DNA of 64,000 nt from an uncultured virus (IMG/VR IMGVR_UViG_3300020196_000019). Its lineage: Duplodnaviria > Heunggongvirae > Uroviricota > Caudoviricetes. Location: the IMG/VR virus record IMGVR_UViG_3300020196_000019. One strand, given 5' to 3'. Below are positions 9,145 through 19,619 of the stretch, piece after piece. Every line of letters begins with the position of its first letter. The first letter of the stretch is position 1. Below the pieces are notes generated by a model that was not told where the DNA came from, did no database searches, and saw only the letters and a program-made list of their open reading frames with translations. The position numbers and the translations under genes were made by a program.

Positions 9145-12100
9145 TTAACCTTCCTCGCATTGAAGGGAAGCGGTAATATTAACTGGAACACCCCCCTGTT
9201 CTACGCTGCGTAAGTTTCTAGCAGAAACAATAAAGGTGTAATCTCCGGGCCCTCGAATAGCAGTTCCGTTGTACGAAAAGAAATTGCTGAGATCAAAAGA
9301 ATTTGTTTTTGTGGCGGAAGAATTAATAAAGAAAGATGCTTGCAAATCAAATCTTGAAACATCTACTTTTTGAGTAGCCTCAGTATCAATTAAAATGCCG
9401 CTGTTTTCTCCGTAGTCTTTAAAATTTAAAGGAACTCTTTCGGAGGATTCTTTTACTTCTAATTGCACATCAGGTCTGCCCCATTTAAACGTGGGGCTAG
9501 AAGACAGACTTGGCAAAGATTTTATGTAGTCGTAAGGAGTTTGATTGCTAGGTTTTGGCGGGAAATTATTAACCCCATTAACCCCGACCAAACTTTTCCC
9601 GTAAATTTTACTAAGAAAAGTGTGAACTGAAGAATTCGCGTACGCGGAATCTGGCTGACCCAAAAAGCGCATTGAATATTTTTGGGAGTCATTTGAAGTT
9701 GCATTAGTTATGATTGTGGGATTTTTTACTGAGCCGCCGGGGCCTAGCAAAAATACAAAATTAACTCCGAACCCATTTGGATTCATTATGTAATCCAAAC
9801 CGCCTCCCCGAATGGTCCCGCCAACAATTCTTGTGAAAGAAGTATTAAATTTTAGCCCTAAAAAAGTATTGTCGTAGATATATTTAGTAGCGTCGTATGT
9901 TTGGGATAAATGGGAAAACCCTCCTAAGTCTGAAGGGTTTTCAGAAAACAGACCGTACGCTCCGTGCAGAGAATATGGGGAGAAAAATAGAGGCCACATT
10001 CCATCGGCAACTTCTTGCTCTAGCATCTCCTTCCAAGGAAGATTTTGGCTCCCAAAACCGCTTAGTCTCGCTATTGCGTCAGCTTTTTGATTGGGGTTAC
10101 TCGAGCTCGGTTTATGATAGTATGCTCCAACATAAACAGGCCCGTTAAGCTCAAAAGAAAAATTGAAAAAACTTTCAAAGATAGGATCACTAACTATGCA
10201 CATATCAAGATGCCTAAAATCAAGTTTGTTTCCGGCTTGATTAACGGCAACTTGATCGACGTTATTATTAAGAGTGTAATTATAAGGAGAATAAATTGAC
10301 AAAAGCGGGTCGTCAGGAGCATTTGTCCCGGCCTCAAAAACTCTCATTGAAAAAAATCTTCCATCCACGGAAGTCGGAACACCGCTTACAATACCGCCTC
10401 GAAGATACACGGATGGATCTCCGATTTCGTTTCCGAGAATATATCTTCTATGAGAAGGATCATAAATTCCGGGTCGAGTTGGGCAATATCGATTTTCTAT
10501 TGCCAAATCCGTAGGATTCACTCCGTGATCGGTTTTCCAATCGGGAGTTAAGTTTACCGGGGGAACTAGGGTCCACCAAGGATTAGAATTTAAGGGCCAG
10601 TTGATAATTTTTGCATTTCTTGGATCAACAAAGGGGTTTGTTATGCTATAGTTAATTACGTTCGGATAACTAAAAGACTTTCCTTTTGTAGCTATGGAAT
10701 CTTTAACTGATTCGCCAAGCCACAAGTCTACTTTTATGGGGGTAATGTCTGTTGTAGGAACTGCTGATTGTGCAGTTATATTTAATTTTTTCGGCACGAT
10801 TACTTTATAATTAGTCGTTTCTGTTCTGGCTACTGTCGCTCCTTGAGAGGCATCGGATATAGAATCTTGAGTGATTCTTTTTTTCATTTTAGGTTTAAAT
10901 TTGAAGGCCAAAACAGGAAAAGTGTCTTTTTGAAAAACATTTTCCCCTAACAAGGGCTCTGTCTGATTGAAAGGAGGAATTATTTTCGAATCTGCGGTAA
11001 CATCTGTTAGTTGCGGAGAATTTAGATTTCCTCCGTCCATATAAACGCTGACTCCGTATTTGCTGAGAGAAAGCGGGCCTTGATCGTTAACTGTACCATT
11101 TGCGGATATAATTCTGTAAAAAACCCTAAACCAAGGGGTGGACAAAGTAGGATACCGCAAATTTTTTAATTCTGCTGGCGTATCCGGTTCTGAATCGCTT
11201 TGAGGCGGACCAAAATTATGAATCCGAACCCACTTGGCGGATTTATTTCCGACGGGAACATAAACATAAAGCCTTGCGCCAACTCCTCCGTACCACCCGT
11301 ACTCAATTTTAAACATTGTTACCTTATTCCATTCCATTACGTATCCGCTGCTTCCGAAGCCGTTAATATTGTCACCATTAAAAGAGCCTTGAGGAATTGT
11401 TTCTAGTCTTCTTGTGAGCCAGCTAAAATTAGGGCTTTTTCTATTAAATCGGCTTCTCACTACAGAAAAAGAGCCGCTGTTTAAACGAAAATACATCGCA
11501 TTTTCGTCGTTTTCAATTCCCCACAAAACCTGACTATTCGAGCCGACTAATTCCGGTTGGCAAGCACGCACGCCAAAAGTAAATCCGGTAATTCTTCCCG
11601 GTTGATAGGCAAAGTATTGCCGGGAAAGAAGTTCAACCATAGAAAAAACATTCCGTCTGGGCACACCGTAGGCCGGGAAAGTGACATCGCCTATCCATTG
11701 ATCCTTAGCTCTTTCCCAAGCGCTAAAACCGTACCCGGAAATATCCCGGTAAGGGAAGCTAGATATGGGGGTTCGGCAAACTAAGTTAACTCCGGCGTTA
11801 GCTTCGTCAGACTCCACGGCAAGAGCAGTTTGATATGTTAGTGCTTCCGAGGGAAGTTGTTCGTCTGGATTATTTTGCACGCTGTACGAGTCGAACCAAC
11901 CTCTGGGTTCTACGGATTGAAATTGATAAAATTTGTTTACAGTCCATCGGGTAGGGTCAATCCCGATTCTGTTAATATCCTCGAAAAGATTAAGAGCTTT
12001 CTCTTCTCGAGGTATCCCAAGTAAGCCAGTTGAAACTTCCGAAACAGCAAGCTGCTCTCGCCTAACAGGAACAGGAGCAACTTTGTCTGCTAAAAATATT

Positions 12101-13368
12101 TTTGGGTCCAGCGTAATAGAAACGCTTTTTTCTCCGACAGCAATCAAGGCGGGCTTGCTGCTAACCAGATCTTCCCCGGAAGACACTACAATTTCTGGAC
12201 CCGGAAGTCTCCAGCTGGCGTTTGCCCCGGATATGGGCCTGAAACTATATACAACTCCGGTAGAATTTGGAAGAGCGTCAAACCCACCACTTTCGAACAA
12301 TTCAACATCCTTTTTAGGGTACATTGCTACGTGTCCCTCTAAAGGACCTATACTTAAAAAGTCTAAATCCTGATTGGGTTTAGGTAAGAATCTTAAGTTT
12401 TTAAAATCAGAGGAAATCGGGTCGATATCATACTGTATCCACCCGGGCTTTTCCGTGGTAGACATAGGAATAACCGCTCCCTCGGTATAAGTGCTAAATT
12501 TATAATATGGCAACCAATTTTTAGGCTCGGTTGGCATCCAATTTTGGTAGCTTGCGCCGAGAAATCTCCACCAATGAGGGCCTAAAACAAAAACGGGAAC
12601 TTGAATTGCGCTGCTGTGACTATGGTACAGGTTGGTAAAAGCACAGCTTTTTTCGGGTTTTACATTTACTAATTTGTAAACGTCGATCAAAAATCTCCCA
12701 AGTTGATCGACAAGCGGGAGAGTAGTTTCGTTCGCAAAAGGAGTTTGTTCCTTAACAAAGGGACCGAACTTTGCTGCGGAAGTAACCCAAGAATCACATC
12801 GCCAAGATCCTGACGGAATTTCAAATTTATACTTTGTGCAAAGTCTTTTTCCTTTGTGCGAAAATTTAAAATAGCATTGATTACAATTCCATCCGACAGG
12901 GTCCCTATTAGGGGGACGAGTTCCGGGTTCGTTCCAAGGTAAATATTCTCTCCAACCGGGAACAGAAGTAGGTACGATAGGGGAATAATATCCTATATTT
13001 TTTTCGGGAAGTTTTCTGGGCGGATCTGACGGTTGAGGTGGGCGAACAAGATCTTCCACCCAAAGATCAGAAGAAGGATTGAGAAAAACATCGGGAGATT
13101 GTGAGCTAGCCGGACTTGAGCTTCCTTCGTTGGGAGCGGGGTTTGAGCTAGTCGAACCCGTACCTCCGTCGTTAGGAGCGGGGTTTGGGGGAGTATATCC
13201 TGAAGAGCCCGAGCTAGTCGAACCCGTACCTCCGTCGTTAGGAGCGGGGTTTGGGGGAGTATATCCTGAAGAGCCCGAGCTAGTCGAACCCGAACCAGAG
13301 CCCGAGCTAGTCGAACCCGAACCAGAGCCCGAGCTAGTCGAACTCGAACCTGTCCCGTAATCTGACAT
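9145..13368 (-). CDS. Large virion structural protein, paralog of 13382-16489
   Basis: 1407 aa; Ser/Gly repeat N-terminus, 4-Cys motif, and shared motifs LLGIPR, YQPGR, KIEYxWYG. Confidence 0.55.
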   Translation of the reverse strand: MSDYGTGSSSTSSGSGSGSTSSGSGSGSTSSGSSGYTPPNPAPNDGGTGSTSSGSSGYTPPNPAPNDGGTGSTSSNPAPNEGSSSPASSQSPDVFLNPSSDLWVEDLVRPPQPSDPPRKLPEKNIGYYSPIVPTSVPGWREYLPWNEPGTRPPNRDPVGWNCNQCYFKFSHKGKRLCTKYKFEIPSGSWRCDSWVTSAAKFGPFVKEQTPFANETTLPLVDQLGRFLIDVYKLVNVKPEKSCAFTNLYHSHSSAIQVPVFVLGPHWWRFLGASYQNWMPTEPKNWLPYYKFSTYTEGAVIPMSTTEKPGWIQYDIDPISSDFKNLRFLPKPNQDLDFLSIGPLEGHVAMYPKKDVELFESGGFDALPNSTGVVYSFRPISGANASWRLPGPEIVVSSGEDLVSSKPALIAVGEKSVSITLDPKIFLADKVAPVPVRREQLAVSEVSTGLLGIPREEKALNLFEDINRIGIDPTRWTVNKFYQFQSVEPRGWFDSYSVQNNPDEQLPSEALTYQTALAVESDEANAGVNLVCRTPISSFPYRDISGYGFSAWERAKDQWIGDVTFPAYGVPRRNVFSMVELLSRQYFAYQPGRITGFTFGVRACQPELVGSNSQVLWGIENDENAMYFRLNSGSFSVVRSRFNRKSPNFSWLTRRLETIPQGSFNGDNINGFGSSGYVMEWNKVTMFKIEYGWYGGVGARLYVYVPVGNKSAKWVRIHNFGPPQSDSEPDTPAELKNLRYPTLSTPWFRVFYRIISANGTVNDQGPLSLSKYGVSVYMDGGNLNSPQLTDVTADSKIIPPFNQTEPLLGENVFQKDTFPVLAFKFKPKMKKRITQDSISDASQGATVARTETTNYKVIVPKKLNITAQSAVPTTDITPIKVDLWLGESVKDSIATKGKSFSYPNVINYSITNPFVDPRNAKIINWPLNSNPWWTLVPPVNLTPDWKTDHGVNPTDLAIENRYCPTRPGIYDPSHRRYILGNEIGDPSVYLRGGIVSGVPTSVDGRFFSMRVFEAGTNAPDDPLLSIYSPYNYTLNNNVDQVAVNQAGNKLDFRHLDMCIVSDPIFESFFNFSFELNGPVYVGAYYHKPSSSNPNQKADAIARLSGFGSQNLPWKEMLEQEVADGMWPLFFSPYSLHGAYGLFSENPSDLGGFSHLSQTYDATKYIYDNTFLGLKFNTSFTRIVGGTIRGGGLDYIMNPNGFGVNFVFLLGPGGSVKNPTIITNATSNDSQKYSMRFLGQPDSAYANSSVHTFLSKIYGKSLVGVNGVNNFPPKPSNQTPYDYIKSLPSLSSSPTFKWGRPDVQLEVKESSERVPLNFKDYGENSGILIDTEATQKVDVSRFDLQASFFINSSATKTNSFDLSNFFSYNGTAIRGPGDYTFIVSARNLRSVEQGGVPVNITASLQCEEG
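13133..13350. repeat. In-frame tandem repeats: 2 x 66 bp, then about 2.7 x 27 bp, sharing GAGCTAGTCGAAC
   Basis: 66-mers start at 13145 and 13211; 27-mers start at 13277, 13304 and 13331. Confidence 0.9.
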
Positions 13369-13381
13369 AACTACAACAGGT

Positions 13382-16300
13382 TTATTGTTCTTCCCAAGTT
13401 AAAGTGGCTAACACTTGCGCAGAGGCGGCTGTAATAGGTTCCGCAGTAAGGAAAAGAGAATCTGCGTCTCCCCTTTCAACAAGAGGAAAAGATAAATATT
13501 CTTTATTGTAAGAAAAATAAGGACTTAAATCGAAGTCATTTCCCCCGACTCCGGTTGTAAAGGTCGCAATAACAGTTCCGGTCCCGGGCAAAATTGCTCG
13601 GTCTTCTTGCAGATCGTAAGCTACTGCTGAATACTTAACATACCCGCTGAAGTTAGCCGTTCTGGGAAAACTCAAATCTGAAGTGGCTGGAAGAGTTCCA
13701 GTATTCGCCAAAAAGCTAGAGGCCGGAATAAAAGTTCTATAGTGATCGTAAGCTTGTTGAGTGTTGGTGTTGCCGCTACCGTCCAACCAGCCGGTATTAG
13801 AGCCGTTAACATACTGCCCAAAAACAGTAACAAAATCAAAATCGTCTCCGGATTTTTCTCTTGAAAAATAAACAAAGTTTCCTTCTCTTCGAAGGGTTCC
13901 GGGGATACCAGCGAACGACCCGAATACTTCAAGTACGGTAGTTCCGAAATAATTGTCTAGGTTCGCAACTCCCGGGTCTAATTCAATCGGGCTTTCTTCT
14001 ACACTTCCGGAAATAAAATGAAAACCCGATTGTTTTGACAAATTATTCTGTGCATTTTTTAAATCCACAAAAGGAATTGTTTTGATTCGCAAAAGATTTG
14101 GAGACGCGGCTCCGGCGTAATTTGAGAATTGAAACCCGGACGGAAGAGTTAGCTCCCCAAATTCCGGGTTTTTGATAAGACGAACAACGCAAGGCTGGTC
14201 CGTAAAAAGACCCAAGCGTGTCGGATAAACCTGTGCGCGATTTCTGGCAAAACGACCTTCGGCGTTTTGAATTTTTTCAAGAAGCTTTATACCAAGTACG
14301 GGAGTGCCGTTTCCAATTACAACTGTGAGGGGCTGGCCCGGAGTGTACTGCGAAATAGTTCCGGAAAGATACACGGAAGAATAGTCCGGAGAAATATTTT
14401 TAATTGTAGTTCCAAATTTAAAATTAGTACCCGAGATTAATCTAGAATTAATAAACGAGGGTAAATAAGGTCTAGTTGTTCCGATTGAATTAACTTTTCT
14501 GTGGAAATTCCAATGATTGGGGCTACTCGCAACCGAACCTGTAACTATGTCGCTTCCATCCGTAGTGGAAATAGAGGAGGGGGTTAAAGACACGCGAGCA
14601 GGGAAAACAGTTTTAGGTAAATCCGTGGTGGCGGAGTTAATTTTAACAGTCCCCTTGTCGCCCCCGTCAATTAAATAAGATGTCCCGTATTTAACAATAT
14701 CTTGACGCGATTGAGATTTTCCAGAATACGAAACATAGCGGAAGGGGAGAGTCGGATTTCCAAGAGAAGGAGTTGTTAGTTGGTTGGAGCAACGAATGTG
14801 GTGAATTGAAATCCATTTTGCCCCTCCGTTTTCGGTAGGTACGTATGCGAAAAATTGAGCTCCAACGGCCCCGTACCAGCTATACTCAATCTTGTACATT
14901 GTGACTCTTGTAAAATCAATATTATGCGCAGAACTGTCGGCTAAGGGAGCCGAATCAACATCTCTAACCCACTTTCCTTCAAAGTATGATTCGCCGTTTG
15001 AAACGTAAGTATCGGAAGCGTACCTATAAAAACGAGGGGACCCGTTCAGAGGATCACCGTTAAAATAACGGCGGGGAATGCGTTGCTCGTAGACATTGGC
15101 ATAATCTTTGGGGACCCAAATATCGGGGGCAGAGTCGCCGTAATCGAAGCCGAAGCGACCGCGAAGAGTAATTGTGGTTCCGTCCGTAGCTAAATACGGT
15201 TGATTGCTCTGCTCGGCAATATGCCGACCCCAATTAGTCTCCATATCAGAATCGTTAGGCCGACGAAGGCGAACCGCTCCGGGAGTGTTTGCGGGAACAC
15301 GAAGAGTAGCGTCAAAAAGAGCAGCGTGACAAAGGCGACGATTGCTGCGGGTAATATACATATCAAATTTTTCAACGAGGGAATCTTCTGCAATTTTTCC
15401 GGCGTAACCCCATTCTCCGGTTGTAATATCTGGGGAGGGGGCAACGCTAGTAAACCTTCGCACGCACCAAAACTTCAAATCCTGTTCTTGGGGGTTTTCG
15501 GCAGAAGGATTGGAAGGATTGAAGCCTCCTGTGCCGATAAGTTCAAAATAATACCCGTTAAAATTGTCAAACATACCCCATTTTTTGTGAGTATCTGTAG
15601 TAGCATCGGGAAGGATTGTCTCCGGATTTGCGGCAACATATTGATAAGAGCCGTTCGAGGTAGCCCCGTTTACGGTCATTCGAACGCCAAAAGTAGCGGA
15701 GCTAACTCTTCCGGGCTGGTATCGAAAAAATCTTTTGCTTGTTAAGACAGCGTATTTTGGGGCGAAAGAAGAAGCATTTTGCTCCGCGACGGTAGAGCCG
15801 GGAGCGGAAACGTAGGCTGCGCTTTCCGTGGGTTCGTGGCGAACCCCCCAGCCTTGACGACCTGCGCCAACAGCTACCGAAGTATATCGCGGGGGAAAAA
15901 AGGCCCATTCAGTTTCATTAACGTTGTAGGTATTAACGTCGCCAAAAATTCCAAGGGCCGTTTCGCTTCTAGGAATACCCAGCAACGACAAAGACACTTC
16001 AGTTGCAACTTTTTGCTGTTCGATAACCGGAATAGCTTCTTGATCTGTGGCGACAACGACGGGCACAGATTCTACGGCTCGTTTTTTGCCGAGTGCAATT
16101 GGGGTTCCGCCGGGAGGACCGACAAGATAAGGATTGTTAACGATAAAATCTACAACCGGAGCGTATTGTGCGCTTCCGCTGGGAACTCCGAGACTAATTA
16201 AAGAGCTAAGAGCAATTTGAGCATTAGAATCTCCGGGAAGAATAAAATCAAAAAACTCTCCGGAGGGTAGGGTGCAGCGATACTGCGCCGGAGTTGCGCT

Positions 16301-16489
16301 AAGGCTATTTCTCCAAAGAGCGGTGTTGAAATTGCCGTTATCATCCGTTAAAACGGAGACACCACCTTGGGGATAAATGCTGGTTGGGGTTACTCCAAAG
16401 GGGCGAAGCGTAAAAGTAACTAAGGCGTTAGCTTGGGGCTGGCCATCGACGTTTCGCAGGGTTCCGTATACGATGCGTGTATCTGCCAT
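13382..16489 (-). CDS. Large virion structural protein, paralog of 9145-13368
   Basis: 1035 aa; N-terminal tail-fibre/prealbumin-like domain (VYGTLRNVDGQP...TDDNGNF) and FFRYQPGR motif; AGGAG RBS. Confidence 0.55.
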   Translation of the reverse strand: MADTRIVYGTLRNVDGQPQANALVTFTLRPFGVTPTSIYPQGGVSVLTDDNGNFNTALWRNSLSATPAQYRCTLPSGEFFDFILPGDSNAQIALSSLISLGVPSGSAQYAPVVDFIVNNPYLVGPPGGTPIALGKKRAVESVPVVVATDQEAIPVIEQQKVATEVSLSLLGIPRSETALGIFGDVNTYNVNETEWAFFPPRYTSVAVGAGRQGWGVRHEPTESAAYVSAPGSTVAEQNASSFAPKYAVLTSKRFFRYQPGRVSSATFGVRMTVNGATSNGSYQYVAANPETILPDATTDTHKKWGMFDNFNGYYFELIGTGGFNPSNPSAENPQEQDLKFWCVRRFTSVAPSPDITTGEWGYAGKIAEDSLVEKFDMYITRSNRRLCHAALFDATLRVPANTPGAVRLRRPNDSDMETNWGRHIAEQSNQPYLATDGTTITLRGRFGFDYGDSAPDIWVPKDYANVYEQRIPRRYFNGDPLNGSPRFYRYASDTYVSNGESYFEGKWVRDVDSAPLADSSAHNIDFTRVTMYKIEYSWYGAVGAQFFAYVPTENGGAKWISIHHIRCSNQLTTPSLGNPTLPFRYVSYSGKSQSRQDIVKYGTSYLIDGGDKGTVKINSATTDLPKTVFPARVSLTPSSISTTDGSDIVTGSVASSPNHWNFHRKVNSIGTTRPYLPSFINSRLISGTNFKFGTTIKNISPDYSSVYLSGTISQYTPGQPLTVVIGNGTPVLGIKLLEKIQNAEGRFARNRAQVYPTRLGLFTDQPCVVRLIKNPEFGELTLPSGFQFSNYAGAASPNLLRIKTIPFVDLKNAQNNLSKQSGFHFISGSVEESPIELDPGVANLDNYFGTTVLEVFGSFAGIPGTLRREGNFVYFSREKSGDDFDFVTVFGQYVNGSNTGWLDGSGNTNTQQAYDHYRTFIPASSFLANTGTLPATSDLSFPRTANFSGYVKYSAVAYDLQEDRAILPGTGTVIATFTTGVGGNDFDLSPYFSYNKEYLSFPLVERGDADSLFLTAEPITAASAQVLATLTWEEQ

Positions 16490-16531
16490 AAGGTACTCCT
16501 ATACTCGGTTAAACATCTTGGCCGTCAAGCA

Positions 16532-18766
16532 TTATTGACGGGGATCGATGGCTCCAATAGCCCAAGCGTCAAGCTGAACAGCGGGCCGAACAATTCTCCC
16601 TCCCCTGCGCTCCTTCAACTGCTGGTTAAGGAGTTCTTTGGCTACGGCCATTCTTGAGGCAAATTGCTCTTGATCCCCGCTAAGCACTCCAAGAGTGGCC
16701 TCTTTAATGGCGCTATAATGATCTAAGATCATAGGTTCTTTTGGATTTACGTAGCTTTGAGGCTTTAATTTGTAAATAAAACGTACAATTTGCCCCTGAG
16801 AAACTTGTTTAAGGTACATTTTAATACGCCTAGAATTTGAGGAGTTTGCGGCAATATTTAAATGGAAATTACTTATAATCCCGGTAGAGGCCGGACTTTG
16901 AGGCCAGCTTCCCGAATACAAAAGAGTATTTGGAATTTTGTTGGAATCGCTTTTTCCGTGAACGGTAAAAGTGTAAGTATTTCCGGAAATTAAACCCGGA
17001 ACAGTAAGCCGTGTTAAGGGAGTTTCTTGTAAAAATACTCGTACGTTATCTTTTTTAACTTCCAAAATATAAAATTTGAAATTTTTATTTAAAGGCCAAG
17101 TTAATACGGCAGTATCCCCTGAAATTGAAACAATATCTGCTGGAACTTTTCCGGTTAAACGACCTGTTTTCGGATTAATAGAAAGACTTTCTGGCCCGGA
17201 AAGTTTAAACGAAGACAGAAAATTTGGGAAACCTTTTCCTAGGTCAAAATTTACAGATGCACCGGGTAAAACTTTTAACTTCCTGTTATTGTACCCGCTA
17301 TTTAAAACAGAAGTAACCGGAGCTAAAAGTTGATAGGCAAATAAACTTGGGGGCGGTTCGGAAACATCCGTGGTTAAAGTCACTATAGAATTTTCATTTA
17401 AAAGCTGTTGCGGCTCGGTAACAAAACCTCTGTCAATTGCCAAGCTGGTTGCGGAGGCCCCTGCGCCCGGGCGATTCCAGCCGGGTCCGTTTTCGTGAAA
17501 ATCATAGTCTCTGTCGTAGATGCTAACAGGAAGATCTGCGATGCTCGCCAAAAGAATTGCATCCGCGAACTCGGGCATAGGGTATTCTCCTTCCCCGCCG
17601 ACGAGTTCGCATTCAAGGAGATTAATAGTGCCGCTCCACCTTCCGGAATTAATCAAAACCTCTTCGGCCTGAGAAACAGCACGGCGAACCTGTTGGATTG
17701 GTTTCTCTAAAAGAGAAGGAACATCGAGGGCAATCTTAGAGCTAACGTGTGAAAGCGAGTTTGTTGGAGATGATAGTAGTTCGCTACTGTAAACAGACTT
17801 TCTTCTGGAAATAATCTGCTCGTTAAAATCGCGTTCAATAATTTCAAAAGCTGTTTTTTTCAGGGCAGCAGATTCATCTTGTTTTTTATTTTGAGAACTT
17901 AAAACAAGTAAACGATTAACTTCGTAGGACGGAATGGCCAATGCAAAACTATCCAAAAAACCTTCTTGGAATTGTAACTTTGAAGAAGCGTCCGGATCTT
18001 GACGGGATAAGAAATTAAATTGGGCAATAGCTGATTCTTGAGACGAATTAATTAAACTTGTAAGTTCGCTATCGTTTAAACGAGAAAGATCTGGCATTTC
18101 TCGAACTAACCTAGACCGAACATACCCAAGAGTTCCGTAGGGGGCGGATTCGGAGGCAGACTGATGTTGCAATTTCTGAGCTACGTTGACCAAGGAATCT
18201 GTTTTGTCTCGAAGATACTTAATAGCGAGATCATTAAGAATTTTTGCTTGATCCAATTGGTTGTTTTCTTCGCGATACAAAGCCAAAAGCATTAATTTAA
18301 GAGCATCTAAATCGTCGATGAGAAGATTGTTAGAATTAGATGCAGCTTCAATTAAAACAGCCTTTCCCACAACCTCAACAGCTTCTACCGAAAGGGTTCG
18401 ATCTAAAAGTTTGTAAGAATTCGGGCTACCGGATACAAAAGAAATCGGGAGCAAGGTGGTTGGGTCGGAGACAAAAACATCAGGACCAGAACTTATGAAC
18501 CTGACCGTTTCCGTGGATAAAAGGGGTGTGCCAGTAAAACGACTCACCCTCGCAACACTTTCCAAAGAACTAGGTTTTTCAAAAATATTTGTAAGTTTAT
18601 TTACTTTAACAACATAAGATTGTAGTGTCCCGACATAAATAGCTTGAGAGTGCAGACGGCGTTGCGCTTCGTTTATCCTCTCAATAGATCGAGAATCTTC
18701 GGAGCTTATGCCCAACTCAATATTCTTTGAAAGACGGGCTCGGGCGGTTCCAAGGGTAAGTGGCAT
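16532..18766 (-). CDS. Putative head-tail adaptor-like protein with Ig/FN3-like insertions
   Basis: N-terminal TLGTARARL...RINEAQRRL helix pattern; LSINPKTGRLTG and VPGLISGNTYTFTV Ig/FN3-like motifs. Confidence 0.45.
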   Translation of the reverse strand: MPLTLGTARARLSKNIELGISSEDSRSIERINEAQRRLHSQAIYVGTLQSYVVKVNKLTNIFEKPSSLESVARVSRFTGTPLLSTETVRFISSGPDVFVSDPTTLLPISFVSGSPNSYKLLDRTLSVEAVEVVGKAVLIEAASNSNNLLIDDLDALKLMLLALYREENNQLDQAKILNDLAIKYLRDKTDSLVNVAQKLQHQSASESAPYGTLGYVRSRLVREMPDLSRLNDSELTSLINSSQESAIAQFNFLSRQDPDASSKLQFQEGFLDSFALAIPSYEVNRLLVLSSQNKKQDESAALKKTAFEIIERDFNEQIISRRKSVYSSELLSSPTNSLSHVSSKIALDVPSLLEKPIQQVRRAVSQAEEVLINSGRWSGTINLLECELVGGEGEYPMPEFADAILLASIADLPVSIYDRDYDFHENGPGWNRPGAGASATSLAIDRGFVTEPQQLLNENSIVTLTTDVSEPPPSLFAYQLLAPVTSVLNSGYNNRKLKVLPGASVNFDLGKGFPNFLSSFKLSGPESLSINPKTGRLTGKVPADIVSISGDTAVLTWPLNKNFKFYILEVKKDNVRVFLQETPLTRLTVPGLISGNTYTFTVHGKSDSNKIPNTLLYSGSWPQSPASTGIISNFHLNIAANSSNSRRIKMYLKQVSQGQIVRFIYKLKPQSYVNPKEPMILDHYSAIKEATLGVLSGDQEQFASRMAVAKELLNQQLKERRGGRIVRPAVQLDAWAIGAIDPRQ

Positions 18767-18770
18767 AAAC

Positions 18771-19616
18771 TTAGTATCCTATGAACATTTTCCAATTCAA
18801 TACCATATACGGAGGAAGATTGGGGTGCGGTCCGGAAACAGCAGTTGTAAGAATTTGGCCGTTCAGGTAAGTCCTCGGTTGCCATCCGTCATTAGTAAGC
18901 GAAGCAGAAAGTCTAGAAGTTGTTATTTTGTTTGGCGCAGTATTGGATTGGGCGTAATCTCGCCAACATCCCTGCCACCTGCATTTTGGGGTTATACCTC
19001 CGCTGCAAACTCTTTGGCAGCAACAATCCCAATATTGAAGAACGTTTTGTCCGCCAACGACAATATCTTCTGGACTTCTGTAAAAATGAACGTGCGGGGG
19101 GAGATGAATCTCTTTCAAGCCTAAAAAATCTGCTCCGGCATAATTTCCGGTTTGGGTAATGCTGCCTTTCATACAACCTTTTTGTTGCTGAAAAGTACAA
19201 TCGTCGGCTCCGGAATCAGATGTGTCGAAGCCGATAAATCCTCTTCCGCGAAGATCCGGAGTTTGAACATTATTATATCTTTGACCATCGCAAAGAGCCC
19301 AAGGTCGAGCTTCTGGATTTGCAAAAAAAGCCACGTTTGATTGACCGCGAACTCCGGGAGTCCCAAAAAATGGAACAATAGTGCCTATTTTATAAGGAAA
19401 AACTTTTTGATAATCTCCTTGTTGATACAGCCAAAAACTCTCGTCAACTCGATAGACAAAAACACTATCCGGACTTGTGTAGGGAAAAAGCCACCCGTAA
19501 ATAATCTGATTAGGCTCACCCTCTAAAAGAAGCTCGTATTTATCTATAAATTCTTTAATCATAGTTTCCGGTGTTTGCCACTTCGGAAAAGATATAGGTT
19601 GTCTTACAATCGGCAT
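18771..19616 (-). CDS. Tail collar domain protein
   Basis: IGTIVPF...WALCDG...TPDLRGR...HPNLPPY motifs. Confidence 0.75.
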   Translation of the reverse strand: MPIVRQPISFPKWQTPETMIKEFIDKYELLLEGEPNQIIYGWLFPYTSPDSVFVYRVDESFWLYQQGDYQKVFPYKIGTIVPFFGTPGVRGQSNVAFFANPEARPWALCDGQRYNNVQTPDLRGRGFIGFDTSDSGADDCTFQQQKGCMKGSITQTGNYAGADFLGLKEIHLPPHVHFYRSPEDIVVGGQNVLQYWDCCCQRVCSGGITPKCRWQGCWRDYAQSNTAPNKITTSRLSASLTNDGWQPRTYLNGQILTTAVSGPHPNLPPYMVLNWKMFIGY

Positions 19617-19619
19617 AAA

